Below, piece after piece: positions 29,745-34,945 of a stretch of DNA of 34,945 nt. Below the pieces are notes generated by a model. It did not search any database. It was not told where the DNA came from and saw only the letters and a list, made by a program, of their open reading frames with translations. Each line of letters starts with the position of its first letter. Within the stretch, counting starts at the first letter, position 1. A program made the position numbers and the translations under genes. The stretch is from Craspedostauros australis (lineage: Eukaryota): the NCBI GenBank assembly GCA_030167865.1, contig JALAGF010000397.1, positions 1 to 34,945 of the forward strand, in the 5' to 3' direction.

Positions 29745-30602
29745 ATGCAGCCATTACCTACCACATTCCTTCGAATTGGCGTTTGCCTGTCAGTCTTCGC
29801 TCTGACATCCGTATCAGCATTCCAACCACTCGCTTCCTGGCTGTCGGCACCCGGATCTGTTGGAACCAATGGCAATACCAATCTCGCATCGCCCGCGCTG
29901 CACGCCAAGAACGACGGGAAAGACGACAGCATCGACGACGAAACCTTCATCGATGAGACAGTCGAGAATCCAGCACGCCGCAATCTGATCATCAACGCAG
30001 TGTCGGTGGGATTGCTGGGCGCCTCGGGCGTGTCGGCCGCGCAGCTGTACCAAACCAACGTGTACACGCCGTCCAACTTCAAGCGATTGCCCACAACGCA
30101 GTTCATCGCGGCCCTCGGCGATCCCAAGGCCACGTCCGGCAGCGGCGCTGAGGAGTGGGGATTGTGGCGTCTGGATCCTGGTCCGCGCGGCGTTTGGCTG
30201 CGCCAGTACGAGGAGAAGCTGGCACAGCGCGACAACATGGCGCCGGCTGGTTGGAAGTTCGACCTCAACGACTGGTGGGTCGAGGAGCACGGTCTCATCA
30301 TGGAGGCGCCAGAGTTTCCGTTGTCGGCTGGGCGATACCTCGTCACGGGCGGGCGCATGACGACGACCGGTTTGACGGTGGACGCCGCTGGAAATTGGAA
30401 GCTGGACGAAGGCACTTTGTATGATGTTACGCATCTTCCATGCCGATCCGCACGCTACAGTCCTGCGCCAGGACAGAACGGATCTCCTCTGACTGCCAAC
30501 CAAAGAGACTTCCCTGTTTCGCCTGGCGCCATCATGCCCTCCGTCGAGGGATGCAACAAGCAGGATTACGCCGTTCTGTTTTTGATCGGCAAGGCGGCGT
30601 GA
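29745..30602 (+). CDS. Hypothetical protein (285 aa) with predicted bipartite plastid targeting plus a twin-arginine (thylakoid lumen) signal
   Basis: Signal peptide ending VSA|FQP (ASAFAP-type), S/T-rich transit peptide, then ARRNLIINAVSVGLLGASGVSAA. Trp/Gly/Pro-rich mature domain (WGLWRLDPGPRGVW, DWWVEEHGLIMEAP, YDVTHLPCRSARY). Confidence 0.88.
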   Translation: MQPLPTTFLRIGVCLSVFALTSVSAFQPLASWLSAPGSVGTNGNTNLASPALHAKNDGKDDSIDDETFIDETVENPARRNLIINAVSVGLLGASGVSAAQLYQTNVYTPSNFKRLPTTQFIAALGDPKATSGSGAEEWGLWRLDPGPRGVWLRQYEEKLAQRDNMAPAGWKFDLNDWWVEEHGLIMEAPEFPLSAGRYLVTGGRMTTTGLTVDAAGNWKLDEGTLYDVTHLPCRSARYSPAPGQNGSPLTANQRDFPVSPGAIMPSVEGCNKQDYAVLFLIGKAA

Positions 30603-31292
30603 AGATGGTGACATTGTCGGATTGACATCGTCAGAGATAATACGAATGGTGTGGGCATGGTGTGGTCAGCTATCATCGCGGCATTCCGCTCTGCCCTATT
30701 CTACTTTCACCGAATGCCGTGGAGTGCCAACACGGCAATAGTGTAAATAGTCGCGTTGCTGTTGCCACCCATGCGCCTTGCCATTGTGCAGAGTTGTTGC
30801 GTGCAGCCTTGAGCGTCTCCTCAATAAGGCACTATATGTATGTACACGTGCTGGCGATGGTCGATGGGGATGCCACAAGAAAACCAGCAGTTGCCCATTG
30901 AAATGCTCTACTCTACGGATATCTGCAATATGTGGTGCGATCAATGCTGCATTGCATCCTAAGGACAAGAATTCACTAAAGCTTCTGTATGGTGCTATGT
31001 CGAGTATGTACGAGTGATGGCACTCATGTACGGGCTCTCTCTCTCTCTGTGTACCATAGAGACAGCAACTATCTTGATTGTGTTGGATACGCTAAAGTAC
31101 TTGCATAGTCGTTCACTGGCTTCTTTTCAAAATGATTCAAAATTGGCGGCGTTGCTGAGTGCGGACCCACAACAACCAACAAAGATCGACAAGACCACAG
31201 AAAACAGGAGAGGCAGCCCTCTGTCTCCTCTCCTTGATTTCAAACACATCCATTCTTCCATGAAGCCCAGAGAGCATGTCTCTCCTTGGGTT

Positions 31293-31343
31293 GTGAAGAG
31301 TGCAAAGAGTGCAAAGAGTGCAAAGAGTGTGAAGAGTGTGAAG
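31293..31343. repeat. 9-bp tandem repeat (AAGAGTGCA/AAGAGTGTG) x~5
   Basis: gtgaagagtgcaaagagtgcaaagagtgcaaagagtgtgaagagtgtgaag. Confidence 0.85.
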
Positions 31344-31738
31344 GGTACAAGTAAACCAAGAAGCAAACAAGCAAGGGAGGCAAACAAGCAAACAGGCAAA
31401 CAGGCAAACAGGCAAGGACGCTCCAGACACGATCAGCGCCGTGCCTCTCTCCGTGTCAATTATCTCCACTGCGACTCTGAGTGCGAGTGCGAGTCGTGCT
31501 CCGGTACGGCTGCTGGTGGAGGATCGTGGAAGCATCAGGCGAATCCAAGTGCATTGGATCACAACATTTGTCGAAGGCCGCATCAACGCAGCCCAGCGAG
31601 GATACAACAGCAAGTTGCAACAAACCTGCTCTGCTCTATTATATTCTATATTAGACCACGAGTACAACCACGAGCAGCCAAGGAGGCAGGACCTGAACCC
31701 GCACTTGGGAACGGCGAGGCAGCAGAGATTAGAGCAGC

Positions 31739-34700
31739 ATGAGCGACCTTGACGACTTCCTGAAGCTCACGCTGGATGGAACATCGAGCAATGCGTCCGC
31801 TGCGGCTGCGGGCCTGCAGAGCACGCAGAGACCGACCAAGGCAGGCCTGAACTGGCTCACAGCGACGCCGTCCCAGCGGTCCATGGACCTTCTCTTCGAG
31901 CTGCAGGGTGGCACGGTGCTGCGGTGCCTGCGACTCATGGGAAGCAACGAGGGCGGTCCCTTCGTCGAGCAGACTGCCATGACCTTGCGCCAACCAGCCA
32001 TCAGCCTCACATGCTCGGCGGACGGTCGCATGGTGGCGTTTGCCTGCACGGACGGATCCATCCAGTGCTTCAACGTCACATCGCAGATCTTCAACCACCG
32101 ATGGACGATCAAGGATGCGCACTCTCACGTCACGCCCAGCGCGGCGCTGCCGGCCTCGTCCATCAGAGACGATGCTGCGTCCGCGGCTGGTCCTATCCAC
32201 ACCTTCTCTTTCGTTCCGAGGGACGGCGATTACACCTTGCTCCTTGTGGATTCGGGGACCGGCTCCATCTCGATCTTCGACGCCGCCTTGGCGAAGCCCA
32301 AGGACATGCTGCAGCTGCACAGCGCCAACTTCCCGCTTCCGAAGGCCAAGAGCGCATCCTGGCTCATGCCCAAAGATGGAAGCGGCGCATCAGACACGTT
32401 GGACATCATCATCGGCACTCATTCAGATTCGATACAGGTCTATTCGTACAACATCGACGGAACCTTCAACAAGACCGGCGACGTCCCGGAGCCCAAGATC
32501 GAAGATGATGATTACGGGGAGGAGATCGATATCCCATGGACTTGCGTGCACATGGATTCATCGGATGGTACCGTCGTCCTGGGAATGTGCCGCGTCGTGC
32601 CTGACGAATATGCGGTTGAAGACGATGAGGAGGAAGAGGACGATTCGGCTGAGCACCAAGTCCATCTCTTTGTTGCGGATGTCACATCAGACGGTGCCGC
32701 ACCATCGGTCAGCGCATGGAAGCACCTCGGAGACGTCGTCCCGTTCTTCTCGGTCCCGAAGGGCGGTCGCCATGCCTTCTTCTCATCCTTCACGACAGTC
32801 AATGATCTGCAGCTTATCGCAGTCGCGGCCAACGTCGGTTCGGATATCTCCATCGTCGCTAAATCATCCGCAGGCGGCGATGGCTGGACCTTGGTGGAAT
32901 TCCAGGAGGGTCACCAAGCCACCACACCCACGGACGACGATGACGAATTCTCTTTCCCCGTGGGCTTGTGCCTTGTTCCGCACCACGATGGAAAGCTCAG
33001 GCTCGTTGTCGCATCCACCGACGGAGTGCTGTCCTCCTTCTCCCTCGAGCACGAGGGCAACCCAGCACTGTCTCAACTCGCGTCCGCCGTGGAGACGGCC
33101 CTCCCGGATGAATTCGTTCCCATGAAGGCATTCCAAAAGCCCACCACGCAAACAACTCCTTTCGGTGGTGCGGGCATCGCCACGAAGAGCACGCTCGGGT
33201 TCGGAGCAGCAGGCAGCACCACCACATCGCTGTTTGGCAACTCCGTGACGCCAGCATCCTTCTCCTTCCAGCCATCGTCGTTGACAGCAGGATCGGCGGC
33301 ACCCAAAGACTCCAGCAAAACGTCAACGTCGGGGTTTTCGTTCGGAGCTTCAGGCGGTGCAGCATTCGGTTCACCCTCAGCACTCGGTGGTGGTTCTGCC
33401 TTTGGCAGCGCAACGCCCTTTGGAACTCCGAGCAAGCCCCTTGGACAGACCACGCCCCTCGGTTCGACATTCGGCAGCAGCACGCCATCTGCAACTTTTG
33501 GCTCTGCATCAGCTGGGTCGTCACTTGGATTTGGGGCACTGGCATCCACTTCCGGCGGGAACACAGGATTCGGTGCATTCGCAGCAACACCCAAGAAGGA
33601 AACTATCGACAAACCGCCCGCCACGCCAGCTTCCGACAAACCGAAGCAAGCCACAGAAACCACTTCGTCGTCGGCATTTGGTTCTGGCGACGGCTCCAAC
33701 ATGGTGTTCGGCTCAGGATCGACGCCGCCAACCTTCAACTTCGGGAAGGCGTCCACAACCTCGCTTTTCGGAGCGCTGGGTACCACGAAAACAACTCAGC
33801 AATCGCCCTTCCAATCTGCATTCGGCAACAAGCCGTCGCAGCTGAACCAGGGGATGGTCAAGCCGCTCTTCGGAACCAAGCAACCTGACACACCAAAGGA
33901 CGAACCGAAAACTGTCCAAACGAAATCGACCGAGGTGAACATCCCTCCCAACGCGATTCCCGCCAACAACATCTTCAATGAATTCGACACCGACAAGACT
34001 GGCATCATCCCCATCGACAAGATCGAAGACATGATCGATGCCCTCGGCGAAGGATTCAGTGGCGATGAGTTCGATGAGCAAGTCGCACTCATCGATCCCA
34101 ACAAGACAGGAAATGTCACACGAGATGCCTTCATCTCTTGGTACAGCAAGCTGCTCGATGGTGGCGCCAAGAAGTCCGGCGATGATGACGACGCTGACTC
34201 GTTGGACTCCGATGAAAGAGCCGAACGAGAAGAAGAACGGCAATCCGCTTCTGCAGCATTCACAGAGATGGCAGGATCAGATGGCAAGGTGGGCTTTTCC
34301 GAGTTCCCGAAGCTGTTCAAGGCACTGGGGTCAACGTATGGTGAAGAGGAGTTCCGCAAGCCGATGAAGAAGCTGCGCGGATCTGCATCAGGATCGGACA
34401 GGATCGACAAGGAACCGTTCTTGGATTGGTATGTGAACTGGCTGTTCGCAGGCGATGAATCAGATGACGACGACGACGACGATGATGATGTTACTGGTGG
34501 TGGTGGCGAAGCCCCAGAAACGGCGACAAGTGGAGGCTCTGGCGCTGTGTCGGGCTGGGGCGATACTTTCAAGTTGGACAAGGATAGCTGGAAGTGTGAC
34601 GTATGCTCTGTTCGCAACAGCGGCACAGCAACGGAGTGTGCAGCCTGCGAGACGGTGCGCCCAGGATCTAAGAAGGCGAACAAGGAAAGCAAAGCAAAGG

Positions 34701-34945
34701 AGAGTGGATCATCATCGTCTGGTATTGGTCAAAGTGGTTTCTCCTTTGGCGGTGCGAGTAGTGGTGGAGGCGCGATTGGGTCAGGTGGATTCAGTTTCGG
34801 GGCTCTCTCTGCAACATCCGCAGCTTCATCCAAGGTACCGCCGCCGCCACCACCACCACCCTCATCATCTTTGTTTGGAGGAGGTGGTGGTGCTGGATCG
34901 GCAGGCGATGGCAAGTCGAAGATGTCGTTTGGCTTTGGAAGTGGG
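31739..34945 (+). CDS. FG-repeat nucleoporin, Nup214/Nup159-like (5' part, >1069 aa, runs off the window): N-terminal beta-propeller-like region, FG repeats, EF-hand-like module, RanBP2-type zinc finger
   Basis: Hand translation from ATG 31739 (MSDLDDFLKLTLDG...) stays open to the window end, which is why the ORF track lacks it. Beta-strand/WD-like N-terminus (LTCSADGRMVAFACTDGSIQCF...LRLVVASTDGVLSSF). Many FG/FSFG/SAFG/SLFG repeats from about 33160. EF-like loops DTDKTGII and DPNKTGNV. WKCDVCSVRNSGTATECAACETVRP at 34589-34663. Confidence 0.88.
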   Translation, partial: MSDLDDFLKLTLDGTSSNASAAAAGLQSTQRPTKAGLNWLTATPSQRSMDLLFELQGGTVLRCLRLMGSNEGGPFVEQTAMTLRQPAISLTCSADGRMVAFACTDGSIQCFNVTSQIFNHRWTIKDAHSHVTPSAALPASSIRDDAASAAGPIHTFSFVPRDGDYTLLLVDSGTGSISIFDAALAKPKDMLQLHSANFPLPKAKSASWLMPKDGSGASDTLDIIIGTHSDSIQVYSYNIDGTFNKTGDVPEPKIEDDDYGEEIDIPWTCVHMDSSDGTVVLGMCRVVPDEYAVEDDEEEEDDSAEHQVHLFVADVTSDGAAPSVSAWKHLGDVVPFFSVPKGGRHAFFSSFTTVNDLQLIAVAANVGSDISIVAKSSAGGDGWTLVEFQEGHQATTPTDDDDEFSFPVGLCLVPHHDGKLRLVVASTDGVLSSFSLEHEGNPALSQLASAVETALPDEFVPMKAFQKPTTQTTPFGGAGIATKSTLGFGAAGSTTTSLFGNSVTPASFSFQPSSLTAGSAAPKDSSKTSTSGFSFGASGGAAFGSPSALGGGSAFGSATPFGTPSKPLGQTTPLGSTFGSSTPSATFGSASAGSSLGFGALASTSGGNTGFGAFAATPKKETIDKPPATPASDKPKQATETTSSSAFGSGDGSNMVFGSGSTPPTFNFGKASTTSLFGALGTTKTTQQSPFQSAFGNKPSQLNQGMVKPLFGTKQPDTPKDEPKTVQTKSTEVNIPPNAIPANNIFNEFDTDKTGIIPIDKIEDMIDALGEGFSGDEFDEQVALIDPNKTGNVTRDAFISWYSKLLDGGAKKSGDDDDADSLDSDERAEREEERQSASAAFTEMAGSDGKVGFSEFPKLFKALGSTYGEEEFRKPMKKLRGSASGSDRIDKEPFLDWYVNWLFAGDESDDDDDDDDDVTGGGGEAPETATSGGSGAVSGWGDTFKLDKDSWKCDVCSVRNSGTATECAACETVRPGSKKANKESKAKESGSSSSGIGQSGFSFGGASSGGGAIGSGGFSFGALSATSAASSKVPPPPPPPPSSSLFGGGGGAGSAGDGKSKMSFGFGSG

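Noticed and set aside
31014-31742. 242-aa ORF with KSAKSAKSVK repeats
   Set aside because: GTG start, and the frame is kept open by 9-bp and 8-bp simple repeats; it lies in the upstream region of the nucleoporin gene.
32040-34692. ORF-track entries 32040-33125(+), 33073-33786(-), 33796-34692(-) and similar
   Set aside because: Off-frame or antisense shadows of the nucleoporin reading frame that starts at 31739.

Overview
Eukaryotic nuclear DNA, most likely a diatom. The signs are GT-AG spliceosomal introns, microsatellite-rich intergenic DNA, an ASAF-type bipartite plastid signal and diatom-style orphan protein families. The main feature is an apparently intact, full-length 8.4-kb non-LTR retrotransposon on the minus strand (20407-28827). 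It has ORF1 (871 aa) and ORF2 (1870 aa: APE endonuclease, RT, RNase H, CCHC) in an Ambal-like layout, an exact 18-bp target-site duplication and a (TA)n tail, and it sits just downstream of the stop codon of a cardiolipin-synthase-like gene. Host genes are a 3-exon OTU deubiquitinase with a SEC-C motif, a 2-exon CDP-alcohol phosphatidyltransferase, a predicted plastid/thylakoid-lumen protein, a Cys/Tyr-rich type-I membrane protein, three small orphan proteins (two with RVxF-like motifs) and a helical orphan with strong codon bias. There is also the 5' part of a Nup214/Nup159-like FG nucleoporin that the ORF track missed; it carries an EF-hand-like module and a RanBP2 zinc finger. All family calls come from reading motifs by eye; no database search was run.
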